Below are positions 11,958 to 24,416 of a DNA stretch of 60,419 nucleotides, piece by piece (positions within the stretch are counted from its first letter, which is position 1; every line of letters begins with the position of its first letter). Where the stretch lies: the NCBI GenBank assembly GCA_038223055.1, contig JBBRHF010000001.1, positions 1 to 60,419 on the forward strand, given 5' to 3'. The notes under the pieces are model-generated. The model was not told the origin of the DNA. It was given only the letters and a program-made list of their open reading frames with translations, and ran no database searches. Both the position numbers and the translations under genes were made by a program. Source of the DNA: Actinomycetes bacterium (GTDB lineage Bacteria; Actinomycetota; Actinomycetes; JACCUZ01).

Positions 11958-12284
11958 ATCGATGCCGAGCCGGCGGGCCGAGCGGGCGCGCTGGCGGGAT
12001 GACCGCAACCGGCGCAGCCGCTTGACCAGCATCGGATCGACCGCGAGCGCCTCGGGCCGGTCGATGAGGCCGTTGAGCACCTGGTAGTAGCGCGTCGCCG
12101 ACATCTCGAAGAGCTCGCGGATCGCCTGTTCCTTGGCTCCTGCGTACTTCCACCACTGGCGCTCGAATGCGAGAATCTCCCGGTCCCGCGCCGACAAGTC
12201 GGCGTCGGCGTCGGCAGATGTGGGCCGGAAGGCGCTAGCGGCGTCCATCGTGCTCCTCGCGTGGGGACCGTGTTCCCTGGCCAT
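11952..12284 (-). CDS. DUF3263 domain-containing protein
   Basis: LSARDREILAFERQWWKYAGAKEQAIRELFEMSATRYYQVLNGLIDRPEALAVDPMLVKRLRRLR is the conserved DUF3263 core. ATG at 12284 lies 1 nt after the upstream stop; alternative ATG at 12248. Confidence 0.8.
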   Translation of the reverse strand: MAREHGPHARSTMDAASAFRPTSADADADLSARDREILAFERQWWKYAGAKEQAIRELFEMSATRYYQVLNGLIDRPEALAVDPMLVKRLRRLRSSRQRARSARRLGIDV

Positions 12285-12285
12285 G

Positions 12286-13143
12286 CTAGAGGGGAATCAC
12301 ATCTGTGTCATTCGCAGTCGTCTGGATCAGTCGCAACGGGCCTAGCGTCAGGCCCCCGGCCCGGATGCTGTCCACCAGCCGCTCGTGCCGACCTACCCTC
12401 GCACCGGGCCAGACGACCGACCGGACCAACTCGCCCTCGACGACTGCGCCGGCGCCGACGACCGACCGCCCACCCGACGCCCTCAGGTTGGCGGCGAGGT
12501 AGGTGCCCGGCGTGCCGCAGTCCATCGGTACGTCGTCGCGCGCGACGACCAGGTCCAGAGCACCCCGCTCGTGCAGCGCCCGCCAGGAGGTCTCATAGAG
12601 CCCGGACGGCTCCGGCACCAGATCCCGCACGGTCGACCATGGCAGCAGCGCCGACCCGACGTAGCTCACGGCTCCGAAGTCGCGGGGGGACGGCTCGGGT
12701 CCGCAGAGCAGCCGTGGCCGGTGCCCGTCCCAGCCGTCGAGAAGGATGTCCAGCAGGCCGGTCCTGCCGCCGCCGGGTCGACCGGGTGCCCTGACCGACG
12801 GCGACCAGGCGTCGGCGTTGGTGAGCAGAACGGCCCGCCCGCCGAGCCAGTCCCGAAGACGCCCGAGCGCCCCAGCGGTGCCCAGCGCTTCGCCCTCGAT
12901 GGACAGGTGGACCCCGCGACCGCGCAGATGGTCCACCATCTGGTCCTGGTGGTGGTGCACATTGACCGCGATGTCGCGCACACCGGAGGACCGCAGCCGT
13001 TCCAGCGCCCAGTCCACCAGGGGTCGGTTGTCCACGGGGCACAACGCCTTGGGCCGCAGATCGGTCAGCGGTCGCAGTCGGGTGCCCCCACCCGCCGCCA
13101 GGACCACACCCGCCGGCACGCCGCGCCGGCCGCAGTGGTCCAT
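12286..13143 (-). CDS. sugar-phosphate nucleotidyltransferase (NTP_transferase family)
   Basis: VVLAAGGGTRLRPLTDLRPKALCPV (the G-x-G-T-R-x-x-P-x-T signature) and EGEALGTAGAL. Confidence 0.8.
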   Translation of the reverse strand: MDHCGRRGVPAGVVLAAGGGTRLRPLTDLRPKALCPVDNRPLVDWALERLRSSGVRDIAVNVHHHQDQMVDHLRGRGVHLSIEGEALGTAGALGRLRDWLGGRAVLLTNADAWSPSVRAPGRPGGGRTGLLDILLDGWDGHRPRLLCGPEPSPRDFGAVSYVGSALLPWSTVRDLVPEPSGLYETSWRALHERGALDLVVARDDVPMDCGTPGTYLAANLRASGGRSVVGAGAVVEGELVRSVVWPGARVGRHERLVDSIRAGGLTLGPLRLIQTTANDTDVIPL

Positions 13144-13197
13144 GCCGACAGGGTGCCAGAAGGAATGGCGGCGCGCCGACGCGTCGTTCTAGGCCAC

Positions 13198-14172
13198 ATG
13201 CCAGCCATCACCGTGGACGACCACCGTGCCCTTCCCGTCATCGCGCGCCCGAACGCCGTGGGACACCGCCCGCGCCCGGTGGCCTCGCTCACCACGGCCC
13301 CCAGCGGCCTGGAGGGCGAGGGGTTCCCCGTCCGCCGCGCGTTCGCCGGCGTCGACCTGGCCCGGCTCGACCCGTTCGTGCACCTGGACCAGATGGGCGA
13401 GGTGGCCTACGCGCCGGGAGAGCCCAAGGGCACGGCCTGGCATCCGCACCGGGGCTTCGAGACGGTCACCTACATGATCGACGGCGAGATGGCGCACCGG
13501 GACTCCCTGGGCGGCGGCGGGCTGATCAGCAACGGCGACACCCAGTGGATGACGGCCGGATCGGGCATCCTGCACATCGAGGCCCCGCCCGAGCGCCTGG
13601 TCACCAGCGGGGGCCTGTTCCACGGCTTCCAGCTGTGGGTCAACCTCCCCCGCGACAACAAGTTCGCGGCGCCCCGCTACCAGGACATCCGCGCCGAGCG
13701 GGTCGGCCTGCTGACCTCCCCCGACGGGGGCGCCCTGATCCGCGTCATCGCCGGCGAGGTCGGCGACCTCACCGGGTCGGCCGGGCCGGGCTCGACCTAC
13801 ACGCCGATCACGCTGACCCACATCACCCTCGCCCCCGGCGCCGAGGTGACCCTGCCCTGGCGCCCCGACTTCAACGCGCTGGCCTACGCCATCTCGGGAG
13901 CCGGCACGGTCGGCCCGGCGGCGGCGCCGCTGCGTGCGGGCCAGTTGGCCGTCTTCGGTGCCGGCGACACCGTGACCGTGCGCGCCGCCGCCGTACAGCC
14001 GGGCAGCGCGACCGCGCTGGACGTGCTCGTCCTGGGCGGGCGACCGATCCGCGAGCCCCTCGCCTGGTGTGGACCGTTCGTCATGAACACCCGGGCCGAG
14101 GTCATCCAGGCGTTCGAGGACTTCCAGGCCGGCCGGCTCGGGCAGGTGCCCGCGGACCGGGCGCTGAGCTGA
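13198..14172 (+). CDS. pirin family protein
   Basis: ATG at 13198. GFPVRRAFAG...PFVHLDQMG...WHPHRGFETVTYMIDGEMAHRDSLG...QWMTAGSGILHIE...GFQLWVNLP. The upstream 12385 extension is antisense shadow. Confidence 0.85.
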   Translation: MPAITVDDHRALPVIARPNAVGHRPRPVASLTTAPSGLEGEGFPVRRAFAGVDLARLDPFVHLDQMGEVAYAPGEPKGTAWHPHRGFETVTYMIDGEMAHRDSLGGGGLISNGDTQWMTAGSGILHIEAPPERLVTSGGLFHGFQLWVNLPRDNKFAAPRYQDIRAERVGLLTSPDGGALIRVIAGEVGDLTGSAGPGSTYTPITLTHITLAPGAEVTLPWRPDFNALAYAISGAGTVGPAAAPLRAGQLAVFGAGDTVTVRAAAVQPGSATALDVLVLGGRPIREPLAWCGPFVMNTRAEVIQAFEDFQAGRLGQVPADRALS

Positions 14173-14214
14173 CATGCCCACCACGTACGCCGTGGCGCCC
14201 GGCGACGGCCCGCC

Positions 14215-14937
14215 GTGACGGAGGACTTCTACCCCGGGCTACCGGCTCGCCTGGTCGAGCACTTGCTGACCTGGGTCGGGGACTGGCCGCCGCGCGACCC
14301 GCCTGCCCTCGTCGTCAACCCGCGCAACGCCGAACCCGGGTGGGACGGTTCCGCACGGCTGGTCACGGGGGTGGTGGACCCGGGCGGACGTGCCGTGATC
14401 GGGGTGGCGCCGACCCTCGCGGCGGCGGTGGATGAGCTGGCCGCCGGCCGAGCCGGCCTGGACGCCGTGCGCGACGCGATCCCGACACTGCTGGGAACGC
14501 CGGAGCAGGCAGTCTACCGTGCGACCTACCGGTGGTCGGCCGCTCCGACGGCGTCACCGGACGTCGGCGCCTGGTTCGACGCCGCCGACGACAGGGTGCC
14601 CGCGTGGCTGCTTCCGTTCGGCGGCGAGGTGCTGATGGCGATCGACCATGAGGGGCGCTACCTCGCGGGGGTGGGGATCAAACGCCATGACGACGCGGGG
14701 CACGAGATCGCGGTGGTCACCGAGGAGGCCGCCCGCGGCAAGGGTCTGGCCCGCCGACTGGTCGCCCAGGCCGCGCGTCGCATCCTCGACGAGGGGGCCG
14801 TGCCGACATACCAGCATGCACCGGGCAACGCCGCGTCGGCCCGGGTGGCCGACGCCGCCGGCTTTCCCGACCTGGGCTGGGGCTCGCTCAGCCTCGCCAG
14901 CACGACGACGTCCCGGGAAAGGACCGCCGGAGAGTGA
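14215..14937 (+). CDS. GNAT family N-acetyltransferase
   Basis: C-terminal acetyl-CoA binding-type segment IAVVTEEAARGKGLARRLVAQAARRILDEGAVPTYQH...NAASARVADAAGF. GTG start. Confidence 0.65.
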   Translation: MTEDFYPGLPARLVEHLLTWVGDWPPRDPPALVVNPRNAEPGWDGSARLVTGVVDPGGRAVIGVAPTLAAAVDELAAGRAGLDAVRDAIPTLLGTPEQAVYRATYRWSAAPTASPDVGAWFDAADDRVPAWLLPFGGEVLMAIDHEGRYLAGVGIKRHDDAGHEIAVVTEEAARGKGLARRLVAQAARRILDEGAVPTYQHAPGNAASARVADAAGFPDLGWGSLSLASTTTSRERTAGE

Positions 14938-15015
14938 CTGGCCGGTCAACCGGCGCGCCGGAAATGTTCCGGGAGAACCCGCCGGAGATTAGCCTGCCGA
15001 TCAACCGGGGCCGGA

Positions 15016-15035
15016 AATGGGACGAAGGTCCCGCG
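15016..15035 (+). promoter_or_regulatory. DosR/DevR-like box
   Basis: aatGGGACgaagGTCCCgcg has the GGGAC-N4-GTCCC palindromic core of the mycobacterial DosR consensus TTSGGGACTWWAGTCCCSAA. It lies about 100 nt upstream of the USP start. A second palindrome, GGGACCGGTCC, is at 15101-15111. Confidence 0.45.
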
Positions 15036-15132
15036 GCCCGATGTCGTGCGCCCCTGTCGGGGACCAGCCCGCACGCGGTGTGCTGGACCTGTCGAGGGGC
15101 GGGACCGGTCCGCCAACGGCAGAGGAGGGGTC

Positions 15133-16017
15133 ATGCACGAGCGCAACAGCGCCATCGTGATTGGGGTCGACGGCTCACCAGGGGGTGCGGTCGCGTTGGG
15201 ATGGGGCCTGGACCTCGCGGCTCGCCAAAACGCGCCGGTCCGCCTCGTCCACGCCTTCGAGGTGTCCATCTACGACGTCCAGTTGGCCGAGAACGCCCAT
15301 CCCGCCGGCGGCGGCCTGCGCGGGTCAGCACAGCGGATCGTCGATGACGCGGCGGATCGTGCCCGCGCCCTCTACCCACACCTGGACGTCACGACCCGCA
15401 TCGAGGCCGGCCCGTCGGTGGTGACGCTGATCGAGGAGTCGCAGGACGCCGACACGGTCGTTCTGGGCAACCGCGGCAGCGGCGGCTTCGTCAGCCTGGT
15501 CGTGGGCTCGACCACCCTGCAGGTGGCCAGCCACGCGCACTGCACCGTTGTGGCCGTGCCGATCCGCGACCTGACCGGCCCGCCGGGGACGGGCATCGTC
15601 CTGGGCGTGGACGGCTCCCCCGTGTCGGAGGCGGCGATGGACTACGCCTTCCGGGCCGCCAGCGACGCGGGCGAACCCCTCATCGCCGTGCGCGCCTGGC
15701 ACGATCCGGCCGCCGTCGGCCCGTCGGTGATGCTGCCGCTGGTCTATGACCCCGAGGTCATCGACGTGGAAGAGCACCACGTGCTCACCGAGGCGTTGGC
15801 CAGATGGTCGCCCAAGTACCCGAACGTCGACGTACGGCCCAGAGTCGTGCAGGACCATCCGGCGCATGCCCTGATCGAGCAGTCCCGCGGCGCGCGGCTG
15901 CTCGTCGTCGGGTGCCGCGGGAGGGGCGAGCTGCGCAGCCTGCTGCTCGGCTCGGTCAGCCACGGTGTCCTGCACCACGCGACCTGCCCCGTTGCCGTCG
16001 TCCGCCCGCACCGCTGA
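15133..16017 (+). CDS. universal stress protein (tandem Usp domains)
   Basis: ATG at 15133 preceded by GAGGAGGGG. IVIGVDGSPGGAVAL...VVLGNRGSGGF...VVAVP is repeated as IVLGVDGSPVSEAAM...LVVGCRGRGEL...GSVSHGVLHHATCPVAVV. Confidence 0.85.
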   Translation: MHERNSAIVIGVDGSPGGAVALGWGLDLAARQNAPVRLVHAFEVSIYDVQLAENAHPAGGGLRGSAQRIVDDAADRARALYPHLDVTTRIEAGPSVVTLIEESQDADTVVLGNRGSGGFVSLVVGSTTLQVASHAHCTVVAVPIRDLTGPPGTGIVLGVDGSPVSEAAMDYAFRAASDAGEPLIAVRAWHDPAAVGPSVMLPLVYDPEVIDVEEHHVLTEALARWSPKYPNVDVRPRVVQDHPAHALIEQSRGARLLVVGCRGRGELRSLLLGSVSHGVLHHATCPVAVVRPHR

Positions 16018-16050
16018 ATCCCGGCCCAGCACACCGATGAGGGGAACGTC

Positions 16051-16560
16051 ATGAACACCAGCGGGATCGTGGTGGGGGTCGACAACTCCGTGCCGTCGGC
16101 GGCCGCCCTGCGCTGGGCGGCCGAGGAGGCCCGCCTTCGCCACGCGTCGCTGCGTGTGGTCTACACCTGGGAGCTGACCTGTGCCGAGGAGTACACGGCC
16201 GGTGTCCAGCTGCGCGAGGTGTCCGCGGTCGACGCGCGAGCCCGGGCCACGAGCTGGGTCGCCGACGCGCTCGGCGAGAGTCCGCGGCCCACCTGGACTC
16301 TCGACATCATCGAGGGCCCGCCGGGACCGGCGCTGGTCGCCCGGTCGCGGGAGGCGGAGCTGTTGGTCGTCGGCACCCGCGAGCACGTCGGCGTCCGGCG
16401 GTTCGTCGCCGGCTCGGTGAGCCACTACTGCGTGTCCCACGCGAGCTGCCCGGTCGTTGCGGTCCCCGCCGAAGGGCCCCCTGCACCGGCCTCAGTCCCC
16501 GCAGCGCAGGCGGACCCGATCCTCGTTTCCCAGGGAGATCGCTCGGCCGTACCCTCGTAG
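16051..16560 (+). CDS. universal stress protein (single Usp domain)
   Basis: IVVGVDNSVPSAAALRWAAEEA...LLVVGTREHVGVRRFVAGSVSHYCVSHASCPVVAVP. Confidence 0.85.
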   Translation: MNTSGIVVGVDNSVPSAAALRWAAEEARLRHASLRVVYTWELTCAEEYTAGVQLREVSAVDARARATSWVADALGESPRPTWTLDIIEGPPGPALVARSREAELLVVGTREHVGVRRFVAGSVSHYCVSHASCPVVAVPAEGPPAPASVPAAQADPILVSQGDRSAVPS

Positions 16561-16566
16561 GCCCGA

Positions 16567-17580
16567 TCACGCTCGGGAGACCAGCACGTCCTTGAGTGGC
16601 CGCCGGGGGGTTCCCGCTACGTCGCCGCCGAAGCCGATCCGCATGAGCATCTGCGGGTGCCCGGTGCCGGTCATCGGGGACCGCACCAGCCAGCGGAGGT
16701 CCGGGTTGCCGAGGGGCTGGTTCATGAACGAGGCGGCCAGACCGTCAACAGTGGCGACCAGCAGCACCCGCTCAAGCGCCTGGCCGGCCCGCACCCAGTC
16801 CGCGGGCTGGTCGTGCGCGGTCGAGAGGATGGCGACCGTCGGCGTCGCCTCGAATCGCACCGAGTCCCGACCTGGGTCCCGCACCGGACCGAGGTCTCGG
16901 AACGGCGAGCCGAAGTCAGCCGGCCGCGGGCCGAGCGCCGCGTCGGGAACGCCGTCTCCCGCGCGGTCACCGCTCACCCAGGCGGCGCGCTCGGACCCGA
17001 TGGCAGGATCCAGCCGCTCCTCGAAGTCCGCGTCGTGCATCAGGCTCACCAGGCGGGCCACCTCGTCGCGGTCGGCGTAGAGCCGCAGGGCGGCGTTCTC
17101 CAAGCGGGCCGCCTCGACCATCCGGGTCACCGCGACGTCGGGCACAGGCCGGTCCCGGAACGGTGACCGGTTGGTGCGCCGCACGGAGATCGCACCGAAG
17201 AGAGACCCCAGCGGACCGGCACCCTCGGACCTGCGCACGAGGGACACCTGGGCGACCAGCGTGGGCTCGGAGCGATCGGGCAGGAGCCGCACCTGGGGGC
17301 GCAGACCCAGATGCTCCGCGGCCACCCGAAAGTTGAACAGCGCCGCGCCGCAGCTAATCAGCAACTCCCGGCCGCTGCGGTCGGCGCGGCGGAGCTGCCG
17401 GCTCGGGTCGGCGTACAGCTCGACCCGGTCCGGGTGCAGCCGGAACAACCAGGGCTGGGAGTTGTGCACCGACGGCGCGGCCACCGCCGCCTCCAGCAAC
17501 ACCCGCTCCTGTGTCCCCGCGGCGGGCAGCGCACTGCCCCGCACGACGTCGACCATCACAGACCTCCACCTGTCGCCCAC
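16567..17580 (-). CDS. Acg family FMN-binding nitroreductase-like protein
   Basis: AAPSVHNSQPW, SGRELLISCGAALFNFRVAAEHLG, RRTNRSPF. This is the same motif set as M. tuberculosis Acg (Rv2032)-type proteins. The start may be the internal ATG at 17556. Confidence 0.8.
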   Translation of the reverse strand: MGDRWRSVMVDVVRGSALPAAGTQERVLLEAAVAAPSVHNSQPWLFRLHPDRVELYADPSRQLRRADRSGRELLISCGAALFNFRVAAEHLGLRPQVRLLPDRSEPTLVAQVSLVRRSEGAGPLGSLFGAISVRRTNRSPFRDRPVPDVAVTRMVEAARLENAALRLYADRDEVARLVSLMHDADFEERLDPAIGSERAAWVSGDRAGDGVPDAALGPRPADFGSPFRDLGPVRDPGRDSVRFEATPTVAILSTAHDQPADWVRAGQALERVLLVATVDGLAASFMNQPLGNPDLRWLVRSPMTGTGHPQMLMRIGFGGDVAGTPRRPLKDVLVSRA

Positions 17581-17610
17581 CAGCCAACGGGTCGAGTATG
17601 CGTCGCGCTA

Positions 17611-17624
17611 GGTCCGAAAGTCCC
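17611..17624 (-). promoter_or_regulatory. weaker DosR-like half-palindrome upstream of the Acg-family gene
   Basis: Minus strand GGGACTTTCGGACC matches 11 of 14 core positions of GGGACTWWAGTCCC, 30-40 nt upstream of the ORF start. Confidence 0.3.
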
Positions 17625-17625
17625 G

Positions 17626-18117
17626 TCAGGACGGGTCGATCGCCTCCCCCGCCGCCTCCGGCCACGGCCTGGGCTGGCCCCCGGCCGCCTGTCGGACGAA
17701 CTCCTCGACGTACCACCGGTTGAACGCCCACGTCTGCGGGGAGGCGGTGAGCGTGAGCAGCCGGGAGGACCGGGCCATTTCATCGGCCTCGATCAGCAGC
17801 CGCCCCAGCTCGCCAACGTCGGCCCCGGCCGAGCGTGGGACCTGGTAGACCACATCCACGAATTCGGCGCCCGCGGCTTCGGCGGCATCGCGCTCGGGCC
17901 GAGGCGTGGCCCGCGCCGACGCGAACCGCCCGGTTAGCTGCTCCATCACCTCCACCAGGGCAGGTGGCAGCCGGATCCCGCCGGGTTCCCGGGAAGCGAT
18001 CAGGACGATTTCGAACTCGCGCATCATGTCGCTGTAGTAGATCTCCGACTCGGCCCACAACGCGACCGGCGCCCGTAGCAGACGCACCGTCACCGGCGCA
18101 TCGTCGGTGCTCACCAC
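17626..18117 (-). CDS. hypothetical protein (163 aa), no family recognised
   Basis: GC3-rich ORF with balanced, protein-like composition (W/Y/F/E/D-rich: ...ESEIYYSDMMREFEIVLIASRE...TWAFNRWYVEEFVRQ). Confidence 0.55.
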   Translation of the reverse strand: MVSTDDAPVTVRLLRAPVALWAESEIYYSDMMREFEIVLIASREPGGIRLPPALVEVMEQLTGRFASARATPRPERDAAEAAGAEFVDVVYQVPRSAGADVGELGRLLIEADEMARSSRLLTLTASPQTWAFNRWYVEEFVRQAAGGQPRPWPEAAGEAIDPS

Positions 18118-18183
18118 GGGCCGGCGCGCGCCTTCGACCTCATCGTGCTGATCGGCTCATCGTCGTCCGCCGCGGCCATCTCG

Positions 18184-18456
18184 CTAGCCCCGTTCCGGCC
18201 GGGACTCGGACCCGGACGCCGCCTCTGCCCCGGCCTCGGTCTCGCCGTCGGAGAGTCGCGCCACGACACCGATGAGTCCGTTGAGGATCATCGCCAGGCT
18301 GTTGGCATACATCCCGATCTCGAGGGTCATCGCCCCTGCCGTGCGGACGTTGTCCGGGTCGAGGTTTGCGGTGAGCTTCTGCATCCGGGCGTCGAAACCG
18401 TCGAAGGCCTCGGCCAGGTCCCGCGCCAGCGACTCCGTGCTCGTGGTGGCCGTCAT
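18184..18456 (-). CDS. hypothetical small helical protein (90 aa)
   Basis: ATG at 18456 preceded by the purine tract AGAGAGAAAAGAGAG. MTATTSTESLARDLAEAFDGFDARMQKLTANLD...LEIGMYANSLAMILNGLIGVV. No family recognised. Confidence 0.45.
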   Translation of the reverse strand: MTATTSTESLARDLAEAFDGFDARMQKLTANLDPDNVRTAGAMTLEIGMYANSLAMILNGLIGVVARLSDGETEAGAEAASGSESRPERG

Positions 18457-18509
18457 GATCTCTCTTTTCTCTCTGGGGCACACGGATGCCAGCAGGCAAA
18501 AGATGGTTG

Positions 18510-19796
18510 CTAGCCGGTGAGGAACAGCCGGGTGAGCAAGAACCCGTTAAGCGCAAGGACGATCAGGGTGATCAGGGCGCCAGCGGCAGTGGTCACCGCC
18601 CGGTTGACGAACTGCCCCATGATGTCCCGGCGGGCAGTGAAGATCATCAACGGGCCGAGCGCGAACGGCAGCCCGAACGACAGGGCCACCTGACTCAGGA
18701 CCAGCGCCCTGGTCGGATCGCTCACCATGGCCAGGATGACCAGCGCCGGGACCGCCGAGACCGCCCGACGCAGCCAGATGTTGCTGTTGCGGCGCAGGAA
18801 ACCCGCCATGATCGCCTGGCCGCTGTAGACCCCCGCACACGCCGACGCGAGACCGGAAGCCAGCAGGGCGATCGCAAACACCGCCGCGAAGACCGCACCC
18901 TCGCGCGCCGCGAAGGCCGAGTGCACACCGGCGAGTGAGTCACCCACCCCGTGCGGCAGGGAGGTCGCGACGAGCAGCATGCACACGTTGACGAGCCCGG
19001 CGAACCCCATCGCGATGACGACGTCGCGCCGGACAAATCGCAGCATGACCGGCGTCCGGATGGTTCGGACGCCGGTGTCGAGCCCCCCCAGCAGCGACGA
19101 GTGCAGGAACACCGCGTGCGGCATCACGGTCGCCCCGACGATGCCGCAGGCGAGCAGGACGCTGTTGGAGTCCCCGAGCCGCGGCACCAGACCGGCCGCC
19201 GCTCCCACCGCGTCCAGGGGCGAGCGCAGGACCAGATAGGCGAAGGCGAGCGCCAGCACGAACAGCAGCGCCACCACGACGACGGGAAAGCCGTCGCGAC
19301 CTTGCAGGCGCAACCGCAGGATGATCATCGTCAGGGTCGCGACCACCAGGCCGCCGGCGAATAGCGACATGCCGAAGAGCAGGTTGAGCGCGATCGCCCC
19401 GCCGACGAACTCGGCAAGATCGGTCATGATGACCACAAGTTCGGCGATCAGCCAGAGCCCGATCCGAACCGGGGTCGCCGTGTGGTCACGGCAGACTTCC
19501 GCGAGGCTGGACCCGGTGGCCAGGCCCAGCTTTGCCGAGAGGTACTGCACCATCATCGCCATCAGGCTCGCGCTGATGACTGTCCACAGCAGCAGGTAGC
19601 GGTAGTCGGCTCCGGCCGTGACGTTGGTCGCGATGTTTCCGGGATCAACGAACGCCACGGCGGCCACGAACGCGGGGCCGATCAGGCCGACGATCCGGCC
19701 GCGGCCCACGAACCCGCGTCCGGTGCTCGGGTCGAACCCGAGCGGCTCGGCGGCCGGCGCAGGGTGAGCCGCCGGCCGCGCGAGCGGCAGATTCAT
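18510..19796 (-). CDS. mntH: Nramp family divalent metal (Mn2+/Fe2+) transporter
   Basis: GPAFVAAVAFVDPGNIATNVTAGADYRYLLLWTVISASLMAMMVQYLSAKLGLATG (DPGN motif), GATVMPHAVFLHSSL. ATG at 19796. Confidence 0.9.
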   Translation of the reverse strand: MNLPLARPAAHPAPAAEPLGFDPSTGRGFVGRGRIVGLIGPAFVAAVAFVDPGNIATNVTAGADYRYLLLWTVISASLMAMMVQYLSAKLGLATGSSLAEVCRDHTATPVRIGLWLIAELVVIMTDLAEFVGGAIALNLLFGMSLFAGGLVVATLTMIILRLRLQGRDGFPVVVVALLFVLALAFAYLVLRSPLDAVGAAAGLVPRLGDSNSVLLACGIVGATVMPHAVFLHSSLLGGLDTGVRTIRTPVMLRFVRRDVVIAMGFAGLVNVCMLLVATSLPHGVGDSLAGVHSAFAAREGAVFAAVFAIALLASGLASACAGVYSGQAIMAGFLRRNSNIWLRRAVSAVPALVILAMVSDPTRALVLSQVALSFGLPFALGPLMIFTARRDIMGQFVNRAVTTAAGALITLIVLALNGFLLTRLFLTG

Positions 19797-19842
19797 GTCA
19801 GCCCCGGCTTCCCGCGGGTCGGGGTCTGCATGCAGGGCCGGA

Positions 19843-23170
<3,328 letters not shown>

Positions 23171-23194
23171 GGACTGCTGCCTTCTTCCTCGGGG

Positions 23195-23230
23195 GAACGG
23201 CGGGACGGGTGGGAACGGCGGGACGGGTGG
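23195..23230. repeat. 18-bp direct repeat x2 in the reductase/beta-subunit intercistronic spacer
   Basis: gaacggcgggacgggtgg gaacggcgggacgggtgg, immediately 5' (in mRNA sense) of the beta-subunit RBS GAGGAAGAAGG. Confidence 0.85.
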
Positions 23231-23233
23231 GGG

Positions 23234-24277
23234 CTAGTCGTTCTCAGTCGCGGCGGTGATCGTGAACTTGTCGTAGTGGATCTGCTCCGCAGGAACGGCT
23301 CGGGAACCCAACAGGTCCAGGGCGGCGTCGATCATCGGAGGAGGTCCACACAGGTAGATGTCGCAGGCGGCCAAGGCGTCCTCGCGGCGGCCCAGCACGT
23401 CGTGCACGAACCCGGTCGTGTCGCTGTCCCAGTCATCGGGCCACGACTCCGACAGGCACGGCACGAATGCGAACTGAGGCAGCCGCTCCTGCAGCGCGGC
23501 GATCTCCCGGCTCGAGATGAGGTCCGGCTCGGTGCGCGCGCCGTAGTAGAAGGTGGCGGCGCGCTCGCTGCCACTCTCGGCCAGTTGGCGAAGCAGCGCC
23601 AGGATCGGTGCCATCCCGGCGCCTCCGGCGGCGAAGACCAGCCGGCGCTCGGAGCTGGCCTTGAGCGTGAACGTGCCGTAGGGACCGGTGACGTCCAGCT
23701 TGTCGCCGACCGCCAGGCCGCCCTCCAACAGCCCGGAGAAGTGACCTCCCGGGTAGCGCTTGATGATGAACTCCAGCCGGCCGTCTGGTGCGGGCGGGGT
23801 CGCCATCGAGAAGGACCGGTGTTCGGACTGGCCGGGGATCTGGATGTCGACGTACTGGCCGGGGTAGTAGCGCAGCGAGCCGGCCTCGACCAGGGTCAGC
23901 ACCATCTCGGTGATGTCGTGGGTGAGCGCGGTCATCGAGGTGATCTCGGCGCTGACGGTCACTACCGGCAGCCCCGAGTGAATCATTTCCTCGTCGTAGT
24001 TGATCAGCTCGATCTCGAGGTCGGAGTAGGCGTGCGAGCGGCACAGCAGCACGAAGCCCTCGTCGCTCTCGTAGTCGGCCAACGCGAACGTCGAGTAGCG
24101 ATCCATCTGTACGTCGCCGTCGAGCAGAAATGACTTGCACGCCGAGCACTGGCCCTCTTTGCATCCGTGCATCAGCATCACGCCCTGGCGGAACGCCGCA
24201 TCGAGCACGGTCTCGTCCTCGGTCACGTCGATGTCGATCCCGACCGGTTCGAAGCGCACGTTGTGCGTCTTGCTCAT
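23234..24277 (-). CDS. monooxygenase NADH oxidoreductase: plant-type [2Fe-2S] ferredoxin + FAD/NAD(P)-binding (MimB/PrmB-type)
   Basis: CKEGQCSACKSFLL...LLC (2Fe-2S cysteines), RSFSMAT (RxFS FAD motif), VFAAGGAGMAPILALL (NAD-binding GGxGxxP). Confidence 0.85.
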   Translation of the reverse strand: MSKTHNVRFEPVGIDIDVTEDETVLDAAFRQGVMLMHGCKEGQCSACKSFLLDGDVQMDRYSTFALADYESDEGFVLLCRSHAYSDLEIELINYDEEMIHSGLPVVTVSAEITSMTALTHDITEMVLTLVEAGSLRYYPGQYVDIQIPGQSEHRSFSMATPPAPDGRLEFIIKRYPGGHFSGLLEGGLAVGDKLDVTGPYGTFTLKASSERRLVFAAGGAGMAPILALLRQLAESGSERAATFYYGARTEPDLISSREIAALQERLPQFAFVPCLSESWPDDWDSDTTGFVHDVLGRREDALAACDIYLCGPPPMIDAALDLLGSRAVPAEQIHYDKFTITAATEND

Positions 24278-24365
24278 GCTTGGGGTCCTTGCTGGTCGGG
24301 GCTGGCCGGGGGGCTGGCCGGGGCTGGGGCTGGACGGGCGCGGGATCGTGTCGCCCGGTCAGGCA

Positions 24366-24397
24366 GGGTGGGATGGCGGAGATCCGCCATCCCACCC
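24366..24397. other. perfect GC-rich hairpin just downstream of the alpha-subunit stop
   Basis: gggtgggatggcgga-ga-tccgccatcccaccc has 15-nt arms that are exact reverse complements. Located 20 nt 3' of the TAG of the alpha-subunit gene, inside the operon. Confidence 0.8.
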
Positions 24398-24416
24398 CAG
24401 CCCTTCCGCTGTTGGA

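Noticed and set aside
13169-13186. Palindromes GGCGCGCC and CGACGCGTCG in the 54-nt divergent spacer between the nucleotidyltransferase and pirin genes, as an operator.
   Set aside because: Short CG-only palindromes are expected by chance at this GC content. No second copy or partner regulator is evident.
19797-19842. Mn-sensing (yybP-ykoY) riboswitch upstream of mntH or of the DUF475/TerC-like gene (41559-41640).
   Set aside because: The leaders are only 46 and 82 nt and lack the conserved four-way-junction sequence blocks. They are too short for the element.
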